Origin: the human T2T-CHM13v2.0 reference genome, Homo sapiens
NCBI RefSeq assembly: GCF_009914755.1
Contig: NC_060926.1
Length of the DNA stretch: 64,000 nucleotides
Strand: one strand, 5' to 3'
Of this stretch, positions 19,255-36,097 are shown in pieces. Within the stretch, counting starts at the first letter, position 1. Each line of letters begins with the position of its first letter. Both the position numbers and the translations under genes were made by a program. The notes below the pieces were generated by a model. It searched no databases. It worked only from the letters and a program-made list of their open reading frames with translations, and was not told the origin of the DNA.

Positions 19255-20442
19255 CCACACATTTCTAAGCCCTTTCCATAGACACTATGAGTGAGTACAC
19301 CTAGTATAAGGTCAAGGGAGCTGTACCTTTAAAGCTGTGCAGATGATTTTGATGGGAAGCCAGATAGTGCCAGATACTGCCACTGTCCTGTCACCTCCTA
19401 ATCCTCACACGTTAGAAAAAGAAGCCATAATCTTTCCAAACTTGCTCTCTCACCTGTGCTCCCCATCTCAGCTCAGAATATCAGTTACTTCCAAGGCACT
19501 TTTGTCCAAAACCAATCTACCCTTTGCACAGTGGGTAGACCTGCCTCTGAAAGCACAGTCGGAACAAGTCCTCTCTGACAGCACACGGAGCCCAAGACAT
19601 TTAGCACATCATGCCCAACCCTCTACCACCCACCACTCTCTGCCTCCCACTTCAGCCTTCCCAGAGCCACCACAGCTCAGGCACAGGACACTCCTCCCCA
19701 CCCCAACCGAGCCCTCTGTGCCCATCCTTTTTGGTCATCTTGGACTGCTCTCCCATGAGAATCACCTCAGCCCCCCAACTCCACCTAACCAAATCTCACT
19801 CGGCACTCCAGCTCAACGCAAAGCAAAATCTTCTCACTGCTCCGCTCTCAGTGGTCACAGGGTAAAAGCTCTCTCTCTCCAGCAAGCTGTCAAAGTACTC
19901 TTTGCACAAATGTGATAGGAGTTCTCACGCTCTGCCTTACTTCTCTCTATCAAGATGATCTGGGTACCTCTGCCCTCAGAGTAGAAACTATTCTCATTTT
20001 TCTCCCATACTCTGAAATTCTTCACAGATTTGCCTTGAATGCACTGTTAAATTTTGAAACCTAACATGTAAATTGCTGAATAGCATACAACTTAGAATTT
20101 ACAAAACCTATGGCTTCATGAGCCATCTGTGTATTATCAGGCAATCTAGCTTTCTCCAAATCTCTACCCTCAATTTCCACACACTATTACTAATCACATA
20201 AAAGAGCTAAAGAGCACACTAAAATAGCACTTCACCTGCCTCCTACCTGTATGCTGTTACCACGTTCCACTAATAGCTGGGCGGGCTGAGCACTGAGTCA
20301 TTAAGAGTGCCATTTTCTGAATCATCCACACCACTTCCTGCTCTTAATTCTTCTAAGTAAGTTAAATATCCAAGAATTGTGCTGACAAAGCCAAATTCTA
20401 TCTTAAGAAATAAAATGGGTTTAAAACCTAAAAAAGTATAGC

Positions 20443-20522
20443 CTTTTTATTTGTCTCACTGAACGTTCACTACAGAATGCATCTTTTTATTTGTCTCACT
20501 GAACGTTCACTACAGAATGCAT
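20443..20522. repeat. Perfect 2 x 40-bp tandem duplication
   Basis: ctttttatttgtctcactgaacgttcactacagaatgcat at 20443-20482 and 20483-20522. Confidence 0.97.
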
Positions 20523-20524
20523 AC

Positions 20525-20591
20525 CTGAGTTGGGGTAGAGACAAACATCATTAAGGTCATGCTCTGGCTCCAAGGAAGTAAATATTTTTCC
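20525..20591 (-). CDS. NOL10: NOL10 exon 12 (GKIFTSLEPEHDLNDVCLYPNS)
   Basis: Acceptor tttttag|GGA, donor CAG|gtatgc; 67 nt. Confidence 0.96.
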
Positions 20592-20971
20592 CTAAAAATA
20601 GCAAGCAAAAACGAAGTATTAAAAGTTAAAGAACAACAACTTTGGCAATGTCAAACTGAAGCTGTAACTCAACCATCTACTCCTATGTAAAGAAATAAAA
20701 TAGCCTACTTCAAATACAAAATTTAAATTCTTAAAAATCTTAGAGAATTTATCTTATCAATTTATCAAAAAATCCCATTTTATAGATGAAGAAACAGGCC
20801 TAAGGAGAAGAAGTGACCTGTCCAAAAAAAAGAAAAATTACAACATTTTAAAGATAATGTCAACATGGCAAGAAAAGATGAAGTTTGAATTATGCATCAA
20901 CTTTAAAAAAAAATCTCTCATAATCTGTGAAGTGTACCCAGCTTAACTTGTATTGAAAGAAATCGGAAGAC

Positions 20972-21370
20972 AGCTGGGAGCAGTGGCTCACACCTGTAAT
21001 ACCAGCACTTTGGGAGGCTGAGGCATGGAGATGACTTGAGGTCAGGAGTTTAAGACCAGCCTGACCAACATGGTGAAACTCCGACTCTACTAAAAACACA
21101 AAAATTAGCCGGGCGTCGTGGCCTGCAACTGTAATCCCAGCTACTAGGGAGGCTGAGGCAAAACTGCTTGAACCCAGGAGGCGGAGGTTATAGTCAGCCA
21201 AGATAGCACCACTGCACTCCAGCCTGGGGCGACAGAGTGAGATTCTGTCCAAAAAAAAAAAGAAAGAAAGGAAGAAAAGAAAGGAAGGAAGGAAGAAAGG
21301 AAAGAAAAGAAGGGAAAGAAGGGAAGAAAAGAAAAAGGAAAGGAAAGGAAAGGAAAACAGAAAAGAAAAC
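20972..21370 (+). mobile_element. Alu with an extended (GAAA/GGAA) purine tail
   Basis: Alu consensus, then about 110 nt of A/G only. Confidence 0.9.
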
Positions 21371-23788
21371 AAACCAATCAGAGGAGAGAGATGGCCAGCA
21401 TGGAAAATGAGGACAACACTGCCATGCCTGCACCGCAAGGTTTCGAGGAGGATCAAGTGAGACAATGGATATGAAATACAAAATGAAATCCTACAAATAC
21501 TTAAGTGTTAGTTACTATGTAGTTAGGGCTAAACCATTTCTATTTTAACTGTTGGGGAAAAGTGTTTTATCTTTTAAAAATTAAGAGAAGGAAAGTAAAA
21601 GAAAAAGATGCTAAGAAGGTGGGTGTGGAAAAAGGTGATGAGAAAGATAAACAAGGTAAGCAAGTCAGGCAAAACCAAGTAACGTGGGTGTTAGTCAAGA
21701 GGAAGTCTTTAGTCATAAGAAACAAAAAAAATGCCAAAATAAAATTTACTGTAGCAATTACAGTGTGATGATTTCAAGAAGTGATGTTGAAAATTTCTGC
21801 CAGCTCTTGCATTTGTAACTCATTATGCAAAGTCTGACACTAGGATGGACTAAGTGCCCACGGCGAAAAAGAGCAGTGTTAGAGCACAGACAAGATGGTT
21901 TGTGTCCGATGAAGAACACGGCCAAGTCCTAACCCAAGACTAACAGTGAAATTCACACAGCTACCTGCTGTTCTTCTCAAGTTCCCACTGAAAGAGGAAG
22001 GAAAAGAGGGGAAACCAGGAAGCAAAGGGAAAGGAATTATAATGGCACGGAACAACAATGACAAAAAGGTGTCAAAGGTGATAATAATCCACACGATGAA
22101 AACTATGCAGAAGTTAAAGGGTCTGGAAAGATACATCCAGATTGCTAACAGTCTTTCCCTTTGGTTGGATGAAAGCCAGGTCAAGGATAAATAACTTCTA
22201 CTTTACCAGTGTTTTATGAATTTTTAAGAATAAAAACATATGCATTTGTAGTATTAAAAATAAATATTGTTTTAACATCAATTAGTTTGAATTGCCAGAA
22301 AAAGAGCAGAGAAAGTTCTGGTCTAAGATCATGAATCTTCCTTAAAAAAGCCCTCAAAATCCTTCAAACTCAAAGCCAACAAAGCAGACAGCATAGACAC
22401 TTCCTGGGCAATCATCAGGGCAATTCTTCCAAGAATTTAGAAAGACTGAAAGCCTGTCTTTTCTTTATGTTCTTCTCTGTAACATAAACAAAGTCACCAG
22501 AACCTATGAATTAGGTGAGGGCCTCAGGGATGTAGAACACAGCTCTGGTCTCCAGGACAGATCCAGAGAAAAAAGGAAAAGAAGCCAAGTAAGACCCATA
22601 CTTCAGGAATTAACAAAATGAAATTTAAAAAACCAAAGTAACAGCCCAGAAAGCCAGAGACTCAACAGGCAGCTGAACTGTGAGGGGCTGTCTGCAGCGT
22701 GTGTGCCTGGGCACAGGCAGCCCCCACGGAATAGACGGGCACTTGCGCTTAGGCACGAACTGCTCAGGCTGGTGGGCCGTCCACCCAACTTCATCACAAA
22801 CGGGAATTTTTTAAAAGTGATCTGTTTTTAAACTAAAAATGCTAAGTTTCTAATGAATTAAATGCAAAGAACTCTTAAAAACATAGCTATACTGAATGCA
22901 TTTTTCCCATTTATTTGATCAACTCTTTACTATTCTCTCAAAATACTTAGGTTTTAAAATGAAAAATGAAAAGCAGAAGACAGATTAAAACCAGCAATAT
23001 AGGATTTTGTTACATTTCAAATGACATTTAGAGCTGAGGAGAAGGACCATCAAAATATTCTTAAGAAATATAGCTTTTAAGGCCAGGTGAGGTGGCTCAC
23101 GCCTGTAATCCCAGCACTTCAGGAGGTCGAGGCAGGCGGATCATTTGAGGCCAGGAGTTCAAGACCAGACTGGCCAACATGATGAAACCCCATCGCTACT
23201 AAAAATACAAAAATTAGCTGGGCATGGTGACATGCACCTGTAATCACAGCTACTCTGAGGCTAAGGCACGAGAATTGCTTGAAACTGGGAGGCGGAGGTT
23301 ACAGTGAGCTGAGATCATGGCACTGCACTCCAGCCTGGGCGACAGAGCAAACTCTCTCAAAAAAAAAAAATCAAATAGGAAAAGTATGAATTTGAGATAT
23401 GTAATAATACCAACATGCATGGAAGGATAATTAGTAGCTCTGAAGACTTTTCCTACACCTGTGAGGGAATCTCAATATCTAGGGGGTTTCTCGGGTCATA
23501 GATCAACTTTTGTAAACCACTATTTTCTCTCTACCTAACTTAACATCTAAAATGCATGCCAATTCTAGATAATTGGGAAAACTTCTTAACAGAAGGAAAG
23601 CAATCATGAGTATCTTATCTAAATATGGATATTATCTATCCAAAAGTAACTGACCTCCCGCTAAGTTCCCAAATGTATATTCAGTATCTCTTTCCCAATA
23701 ACCCACATAAAAAAGGAAAGGGAGAGGAAAGGATCATTCGGAACACCTGCAAATAAAGAAGCAAGTAATTTCAACCAAAAATACATAC

Positions 23789-23938
23789 GGAGTTCTTATT
23801 CCACATCTTGACAATTCGAGAGTCAGCAGACAAAATCAGATCTAATGAATCCTGGAAATGAACGGACTTAATGGGCAGCCCATACTGGTGATCTTTAACT
23901 AGCAATGGCTTATCAGATCGAAGGTCATATAATAAAAC
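23789..23938 (-). CDS. NOL10: NOL10 exon 11 (VLLYDLRSDKPLLVKDHQYGLPIKSVHFQDSLDLILSADSRIVKMWNKNS)
   Basis: Acceptor tttttcag|GTT, donor TCC|gtatgt; 150 nt, phase 0-0. Confidence 0.96.
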
Positions 23939-25218
23939 CTGAAAAAAAATTATTTCTGTTTAAACAAACTAGACATTTTATCTTCAAAGGAAATATTTCT
24001 AAGTGAGAATAATGGCAGCCATTTGCTTCATCGCTTTGTTATGAACACAATGAACACCCTTACTCAAGGTGCTGAGATTTGAGATTCTTTCCAGAAAGAT
24101 CTCTTAAATAATCCTTAGAGTATACATTTTATGAATTCAACCCCAAGATTAATTTGTAAGAGCTACTGAACATACTAAGAAAGAACAAAAAATGAAAGCC
24201 CATAAGAATTTAATTTGTTCAACAAATATATACTGAGGGCCTATGTACCAGGCAGTGTCATAGCAACAGATATAAACAAAAATGAAAGACATAATCAGGA
24301 ACAGTCCTAGTAGATCAAGACAGATGGTGGTGGCAAGGCTATGACTTCTTGGGAGAAGGGAGAATCTCTTCGGACCCGTCACTAGAGGCAAGGAAGCCTG
24401 GGAAAGCTCCCCTAGGATTAAGTCCCAGGTGACAGATGCCCTCTAGCCCATGATGACAAAGAAAGTAAATCCTCCAAGGCAGGGTTTCAGACCTCTTGTA
24501 GGAGGCAAGTGTACAGGCTCTGCCTTGAAGGAAAGAAAGAAGTACTCCTCAGACTAGCACTGCTAATGCATGTTCTGCTGACCACTCATGGCATGTGCTA
24601 TAGTTAATGATGCTATATTAAAAAAAAAAAAGTTCCTTGAACACACAAATTTTGGAAATATTTATTAAACATATTTCTTGTCTGCAAGAATTCCTGAGAG
24701 CCTTCATTAAAACAGTATTGAAACCCACTGTCAATCTTCAAGAGTAAAAGTCTGGCAGACTCCCAAGACTATCTGACCACAGAATTCTGTTGCATAGACT
24801 CTGAAAAATGCTGTTCCAAACCACTAACAAGAGAATACCTATGGCCAAGCCCGGTGGCTCACGCCTGTAATCCCCACACTTTGTGAGGCCAAGGGTGGGG
24901 GGATCGCCTGAGCCCAGGAGTTCAAGACCAGCTTGGGCAACACAGTGAGACCCTGTCTCTACAAAAAGTCAAAAAATTAGCCAGGTGTGGTGGTGCAGGC
25001 CTATCCCACTGCAGCTCTAAGTCCACAGCACTGCAGACTGACCAAGGCAAGAGTCAAGATTTCTCAAGGTGTGGAAGAATCCAGCATTCTGGAATACCCT
25101 CTGGTCTGGCTAAAATAGTATGATCTCATTTTCTGTTCCTGCAGTGTATTTCTCATGACACATACACACACCACTGAAATACCAACTTACATGTGGTTTC
25201 CAAATTAAACATATTTAC

Positions 25219-25297
25219 CTGCCCTGTGGTTGTTCCAACTGCCATGGTCAAGGCACCATTAAATTTCAAAGCAGAGATTGTTGGTAAACTGTTTATC
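25219..25297 (-). CDS. NOL10: NOL10 exon 10 (EINSLPTISALKFNGALTMAVGTTTGQ)
   Basis: Acceptor ttttcag|G, donor CAG|gtaaat; 79 nt. Confidence 0.96.
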
Positions 25298-26526
25298 CTG
25301 AAAAGCAAAATATTCATGCTTCATGAATATACGGCCAAACCTCCTTCCAAGTAACAAGTTCATTATTAGTCTTCACTTCAAATCTAATGGGGGGGGGGAG
25401 GAATCACATTTCTAGGCTTCTGTTTAAAAGGTAACTGCAGCCTGGTAAGATGACTCGCACCTGTAATACCAGCACTTTGGGAGGCTGAGGTGGGAGGATT
25501 TCTTGAGGCCAAGAATTCAAGACCAGCTTGGGTAACACAGTGAGACACCATCTCTACAAAAAATTAAAAAAAAAAAAATAGCCAGTTGTGGTGGCACACA
25601 CCTGTTGTCCCAGCTACTTGGGTGGCTGAGGCAAGAGACTGCTTGAGCCTGGGAGGTCAAGGCTGCAGTGAGCTGTGATCATTCCACTGCGCTGCAGTGG
25701 AGCTCTGCTGGGACAACAGAGCAAGACCCTGTCTCAAAAATAGTAAGTAAATAGTAATTTTATTCAAACTTTCATAATCAAAGTTACACTTTATATACAA
25801 AACGTAATCTACTTTCTTCCATTTTAATTAAGCCAGAATAAGGTATTTATAGAAACATCCCCTTTCATACTTAAGAAGACATAGTTTTGTTTGGACATGG
25901 GTACACCATTTCCACTTTAAAATTAGCCAAGTTCAGCTAAAATAAAAGACTAATCCTCAAATGGGGACCCTAGAGCCTCTGAAAGTACCAAAGACAGAGT
26001 GAATGCTATGGCCACGACTCTAGAATATGCTTCTCACATACCAACCAAGACAATCAGCACCAAAAGCAATGATCTCCAGTGGAAAGAGTGCTAGGCGATG
26101 AGTCAGAAGTGGACAATATCACTATCAATCCTATCGTCCACATGCCCTTGGCCCAGGACCTAGAGTCCTGGCTGTTGGCTGTCGGCATCATCAGGTCTCT
26201 TCTGCCACCTAGAGCTTGAGCCTGTAACTGCGCTGGGGCACCTGTGGGAACCTCGAAGCCTCATATGCACAGCAACTTTAGTCACTTACTCTTCAAAGTA
26301 TACTTAATCATTTCTTTCAGTATAGTGATATACTTCTCTACTTATTCCTTTGTCATTTTCTTCACATATTTTTTTTGGAGACAGGGTTTCACTCCCGTCG
26401 CCCAGGCTGGAGTGCAGTGGCATGATCTCAGCTCTCTGCAACCTCCACCTTCCGGTTCAAGCAATTCTCCTGCTTCAGCCTCCCGAGTAGCTGGGACTAC
26501 AGATGTGTGCCACCACTCCCAGCTAA

Positions 26527-26700
<174 letters not shown>

Positions 26701-26792
26701 TAGAATGTTTTTCCATTTATAACCTTTTTAACTGGATAGTGCTGACAAGGTCACTGATTTTTGAACATTTTATAACCAATTTATTTAACTGT

Positions 26793-28056
<1,264 letters not shown>

Positions 28057-29001
28057 ATAGTCAACAGTATGGCTCGCTTTTCCACTGACAGGCGCATTTG
28101 GACCACCTTTCCCTAGTAATAAATATGCTTCTGCAACATAATTCCTAAAGGCTGAGTAACATGTATGCCATTGACGAATATTTTTTTCATCTATAAAATA
28201 AATACAATAACAGTGCCTACAGCAAAGGGCTGTCGTATTAAATAAGTTAATATATGTAAAGAACTTAGACCCAGTACCTGGCAAATAGAAAGCACTATCT
28301 GTCAGCTACTATTTCTACTAAGCTTTATTTAATCAATATCCTCAGGCTCTTTCTAAGACTTATTATTAGCAGTGCTGTGATGGACGTCCCAGGCTGAGGA
28401 GAGTGAGCAATGTATGCTCTGGGCATGCAGGGAGACATTTAACCTGAGGTTATGTTTTCTGTAGGGCAATTTAGCAATGTACCAAAAACCTTCAAAACAT
28501 GTATGCTATTTAATCCAGAAATTCAGGTTCTAGGTATCATTTCTCAGGAAATAATCATAAAACTGTAAATGGATGTATAATAGTGAAAACTCTTCTGATT
28601 GGTTTAAATGTAGAAATTAGGCAAACAGGAACAAGAAAATATTAAAAAAACACTTGCTTCCTTCCACCTTAGAATTCAAAGCACACCTCTGTGGACTTTG
28701 TGGTGGACTCCTGGTTCTATCACTAGATTCTACAAAATTGGAATACAAATTCCTGTAGTGTAATTGTTTTAATAAAATCGTACAGCAACTAAAGAAATAA
28801 GGCCTTCTGTATAGTATTTTGGAAAGAAATTCTATCTGGCTTACTCACTAGTGAGCTTTTACAGGAGAGGATCTTTATGAAAAACAATCATGGAAAGTAC
28901 AATTTCAGATATCCTGTAGCAATTTATTTGAATTTAATATAGACACATTACTTAAATTAAAAGTTGATGAACATTTACATTGCAAATTAATTTCTACTTA
29001 C

Positions 29002-29087
29002 TCTGAATCTGCTGTGACACTGTTTAAGGCGCAGTCTAACAGGCCAACTCTGTTTCGAGTTCTTGGGTCCCAGCACTCCACTCTACC
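29002..29087 (-). CDS. NOL10: NOL10 exon 9 ([28 protein letters not shown])
   Basis: Acceptor tttgcatag|GGT, donor AGA|gtaagt; 86 nt; contains a WD dipeptide. Confidence 0.96.
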
Positions 29088-29127
29088 CTATGCAAATGAA
29101 AAACAATTTTAAATAAAAGCTGTAGAA

Positions 29128-30877
<1,750 letters not shown>

Positions 30878-31916
30878 AACATTTGTGTTTTTAAAAAAAT
30901 GCTTGTGCAAACAGAAAAACCTGAGAGGATACACAGCAAATTATTAACAGTATTTACCTAAGGAAACAGGAATAGGACAGGGTGGAAGGGAATTACACTT
31001 TTCACTTTGTGTTCTTGTCTATCATTTGATTTTGTAATGATAAAACAAAAACATAAACAAAGATGTTTTAAGATTGTTTAATATATTAACTACCTTAAAA
31101 GCAAACCCTTCAATATACTTAGGAGGTTCTGACCTCATTAATCTTTTAATATTATTACAAGTAGGTATGTTGCAAAGATGAATAATCGAAGGGAAACCTT
31201 TTTAAACTACAGCAGGTAATTCCAAATGGTCTAGTCTTCTATGTCTTCTCAAAATGAGTTAATAAATTTTATGGACATAAAAAAGAAAAGTTGCATTCCA
31301 AAAACACAAAATGGGTATGCAGATAACTTCCAGTGTAAATACAAAATGTATTTTTAAGCACACTGATTTTCTATTACCTAAATTTGAATATTTCCATTGC
31401 CAAACCTCCCCTCTTAGGCACTTCAAAAAGCACAAAATGCAAACATTTAGTTTGACAATATTATGATAACTAAGAACTAAAGAAGAAACTAAAATCTGAG
31501 ATGTAATATGAAAATCAATGTAAAATGAATTTGTTAAGCCTGATCTGACTATGCTTATGAAACTGCAAGCTGCTAATAATCAAGGAATTTCCGGAAGCCC
31601 AGTCTTTGAGCATCCCTACCTCCTATCCCTTCAACATGTCCTAGGCTGGTCTTAAACCAGCTGCTGGAAGAGCAGCACGTTCTAATACATAACTTCTCTT
31701 AGCACATTGCCTGGTGTCTAGCCTAGACTGCCCTGTAAGGACCCTAAAAACTATTTTCTCAGGGAAACTCTTGTAAAACTTCCCCTTGGTAATCTCAAGT
31801 AACCTGACTACCAAGAGAAAGCTTGATTTAGACATAACAGTATTCAAACACATTCAACATAGTTTTACATAATATCTGTCAGATCAAACTCAGTGTCCCA
31901 TTTCAAATATTAATCT

Positions 31917-32280
31917 TTTTTTAAAATACAACTTCAACTTCTTTGTTAGACTCTGGGGGTACGTGCAGGTTTGTTACACTGGTATATTGCATAATGCTGA
32001 GGTTTGCAGTGTGACTGATCCCGTCACCCAGGCAGTGAGCATGGTAGCCAACAGTTAGTTTTCAACCCTTGCCTCCCTCCCTCCCTTCCCCATCCAGTAA
32101 TCCCCAGTGTCTAGTGTTGTCATCTTTATGGTCATGAGTACCCAACGGTTAGCTCCCACTCATAAGTGAGAACACGCAGTATTTGGTTTTCTGTTCCTGT
32201 CTTAATTCACTTAGGGTAACAGCCTCCAGCTGCATCCATGTTGCTGCAAAGAACATTCTTTCATTCTTTTTTGTGGCTGC
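31917..32280 (-). mobile_element. 5'-truncated old primate L1 3' end (L1PA15/16-like)
   Basis: gtgcaggtttgttac...ctcccactcataagtgagaac...gcctccagctgcatccatgttgctgcaaa; TSD attaatct on both sides. Confidence 0.85.
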
Positions 32281-32396
32281 ATTAATCTCTCAACATAAAA
32301 ATAATTTGAGTAAAAAAAAAACCATTAATTCCATCCATATGAAACTGGTTTAATAAATTATAGTACAAACAACAGAATGCTATCTGTAAACTATCA

Positions 32397-32667
32397 TTTT
32401 TTTTTTTGAGACGGAGTCTCGCTCTGTCACCCAGGCGGGAGTGCAGTGGCCCAATCTTCATTCACTGCAACCTCCGCCCCCCTGCCTCAGCCTCCCAAAT
32501 AGCTGGGATTACAGGTGTGTGCCACCACACCCGGCTAATTTTTGTATTTTTAGTAGAGACGGTGTTTCGCCATATTGGCCAGGCTGGTCTCAAACTCCTG
32601 ATCTCAAGTAATCTGCCTGCCTTGGCCTCCCAAAGTGCTAGGATTAGTGAGCCACTGCGCCTGGCCT
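32397..32667 (-). mobile_element. Alu
   Basis: Alu consensus with a short internal deletion. Confidence 0.88.
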
Positions 32668-33259
32668 GTAAATTTTTTTAAAATTAGTTTAGCATCGTAA
32701 GTAATTATAAGTACCAATAAGATGTATATTATATACTGTTATGTCTAAAAAAAAAAAGCAAATGGAGAACTACAGTAGAATACAATTTCAGTTTGGTAAA
32801 CCACTTTAAAAAATATGTATGTACACATATGCATATTGGCATATAGCACTTAGGAAAAAAAATCTGAAAGGATACTACTCCAAACCATTCAAGTGTTACC
32901 TCTGGGGTGTAGGATTTGGTGACTGGAAGGTATAAAAGGGCACTTTTTAAAATTACATGCTTCTGACATATTTGCATTTTTTAAAACTATGAGTATTTAT
33001 CATTATTTTAAGTGAAAAATGCAAATCTACAAAAAACTATTGGTAAGTGTGAAGGACATTGATTCAAAGATATTATCATTTAAAAGAAAAATGTTGTGTA
33101 CATTCATCTCAATATTTACTGAATGTTACTCTACAGGATGTTCAAGCTATCACCTCATTATCATCCTGCTCTAAGGAATCAAGCAACTCAGTCTTTAAAT
33201 AAAAATTCCAATCAAATATAAAACAAATATTCTAAAAAATAAAGTCAACATATGCTTAC

Positions 33260-33320
33260 CTCTATGGTTCCTGTGGCAAACAAGCCATGCACTGAATTTA
33301 TGTCACAAACATTATTCTCC
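33260..33320 (-). CDS. NOL10: NOL10 exon 8 (AENNVCDINSVHGLFATGTIE)
   Basis: Acceptor gtgttag|G, donor GAG|gtaagc; 61 nt. Confidence 0.96.
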
Positions 33321-34029
33321 CTAACACAGGAAAGCAGTAAGAAAGAATGAATTAGTTAGCACCTACTTTAGTGGGGAAGGAATATTAAATAAATAAACAG
33401 TCAACCCAAATTCTGAGTAGAAAGAAGACACACAGATTCTCTCTTACTAATCTGCAAATGGAAAACACCAAGGTATGAAAGGGTTAAGTGCTTGGCTCAG
33501 TCACTGGAGTTTCTGATCCCCAGGGTGACACTCTACCTGCTAGGTGACAAACAAGGAGGGACTTCCTTCTGAAATACTATTCCACTACCATGAGAAGAAA
33601 GGGTCACTCTATTTTTCAAGGTATTTTCTTCCAAGGCAGGTAACATTCTTAAAAGAACACACGCTATCACCATGACAATCCTGAGCCTTGACAGGCTTGT
33701 CCTGGGTACATCATTCTAAGTCTCATTTTCTTTCTCTGTAAAATGGATATTTCACCTACCTCGGGGGGTTGTTATGGGGATTAAATGAAAAAGACTGCAA
33801 AGCGTTCAGCAGTATCTGGGGTACAGAGGACACTCAATATAATGCATTTGTGAAGTTACTACTACAAGTTTTTTTTTTAATAAAAATAAAAGCATTTCTA
33901 CCCAATGTGAAATAAAAAAAAATTAGAGTTTATTTGGTTCTTATCACAACATGTTCACCTAACCTTTAAAAATCCTCTCAAAGCAATACGAGAAATTCAG
34001 CAAGCTCTTCATATACACAATGAGAAGTA

Positions 34030-34230
34030 ATCCAGCTTCCACCCTTGACTAGTTGTGTGGCCTTGGGCAAACTACTTACCTCTCTGAGCCTCAGCTGCCC
34101 TATCTGTAAAATGGTACTTGCCACAAAAATCTGTTCTAAGTTTAAAATGAGATAATAAAGGTAAAATGACTGAATAACACCTGGCACAAAGTGCTTTCCT
34201 ACTGTGTTTATCACTATTATTTGTTGTGAT
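34030..34230 (+). mobile_element. MIR
   Basis: tgtgtggccttgggcaa...cttacctctctgagcctcag...ctgtaaaatgg core. Confidence 0.75.
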
Positions 34231-34701
34231 GATGATGATGATGGATTCATTCCTAAAAATTTTTGCTGCATAGTACATATGTGTAGACTATAATGTATGA
34301 TAAAAGGAAACCTTTAAAAACCTTAAATGTCCGCTAGCAGAGCATAAAAATTTAAAAATGGCACTCCAAATTAATTCAAAAGTTCTCCACAGGAGAAAAT
34401 ATCACAAAACAAAACCATGAATGTAAATTTAAAGAACACTACAAGTAATAATAATAAACTGAGTATTTTTAACTGACTTAAAGTTGAGTAGATGAAAAAA
34501 AGCTTTCATTTAATTTTTAAAGTAATCACCAGATCTTTCAGTGAATTTTTTGTCTGAGAATAAATTCAACAGTACTTTTTAACTAAGTTGCTGGGAGTTT
34601 TGCTTAATTGCAATAGTTTATGTTACTTGTTAACAAACTGAGCATCTGGCTCCACCTCCTGGTCAAAATGTATATAGCAGAATTACTAAAACAATACTCA
34701 C

Positions 34702-34767
34702 GCAGCATCAGTTTGTAGAGGATTCAGGTATCGTCCTTGTTCTAAGTTTAACCTATAAACTTCAGAA
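34702..34767 (-). CDS. NOL10: NOL10 exon 7 (SSEVYRLNLEQGRYLNPLQTDA)
   Basis: Acceptor ctttacag|T, donor TGC|gtgagt; 66 nt, phase 2-2. Confidence 0.96.
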
Positions 34768-35124
34768 CTGTAAAGTAATAAAGAAAGTTAAAAACCTGCT
34801 AAACTACAATGAAACTTTAAGTAAATATAAATTTTATAAATATATATATTACTCATAAGCCACCACTTCCTTTTGTAACACTGATACAAAAACGTATTCT
34901 AAATCTGAAAAATATCCACTTTATGAATTTGTTCATGTATAAAAGTGATTTAAACCATTCATGTGCCAAGGAAATATGAAGTCATTACGTAGAATACTAT
35001 TTACAAATAAGATGGAGAATACAAGATCCAAAAGTATATGTAATGTATCTACATATGTATATAAGAAAGGACTAGAAGGAAATATAATAAGGATCCTCTC
35101 TGGGTGGTGTAATTATGGCTGAAT

Positions 35125-35432
35125 TTTTTCTTTTTTTTTGTTTTTTTGTTTTTGATATGGGGTTTTGCTCTTATTGCCCAGGCTGGAGTGCAATAGCGCA
35201 ATCTCAGCTCACGGGCGCCACTCACTACACCCGGCTAATTTTTTGTATTTTTAGTAGAGACAGGGTTTCACCATGTTGGCCAGGCTGGTCTCAAACTATT
35301 TTTTTGTATTTTTAGTAGAGGCGAGGTTTCACCATGTTGGCCAGGCTGGTCTTGAACTCCTGACCTCAGGTGATCTGCCCACCTCAGCCTCCCAAAGTGC
35401 TGGATTACAAGCATGAGCCACCATGCCCAGCC
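35125..35432 (-). mobile_element. Rearranged Alu, the nearest repeat upstream of the exon 7 acceptor
   Basis: Right arm is internally deleted; about 60 bp of linker and left arm is duplicated. Confidence 0.88.
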
Positions 35433-35484
35433 TGAATTTTTTCTTTTCTATATTTTCCCAATTTTCTAAAATGGGTATGTATTT

Positions 35485-35508
35485 GTATATATATATATAT
35501 TTTTATTT

Positions 35509-35540
<32 letters not shown>

Positions 35541-35545
35541 TACAC

Positions 35546-35585
<40 letters not shown>
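35485..35585. repeat. (TA)n/(CA)n microsatellite
   Basis: Read directly. Confidence 0.93.
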
Positions 35586-35588
<3 letters not shown>

Positions 35589-35716
35589 TAATAGCCACCA
35601 GTCAAATACCTGGTCAAATGCTACCTTTTTGATGACCATAAAAATAACACAGGGCTGGGCAGCGGTGGCTCACGCCTGTAATCCCAACACTTTGGGAGGC
35701 TGAGGTGGGCGGATCA

Positions 35717-36097
<381 letters not shown>

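Noticed and set aside
19337-19915. Longest ORF in the track (192 aa, plus strand)
   Set aside because: Non-ATG start, low-complexity Pro/Ser/His/Leu composition from C-rich degenerate sequence, no recognisable domain, antisense within a NOL10 intron.
20890-21481. Phe/Leu/Ser-rich ORFs that resemble membrane proteins
   Set aside because: They translate a (GAAA/GGAA) tract plus an Alu.
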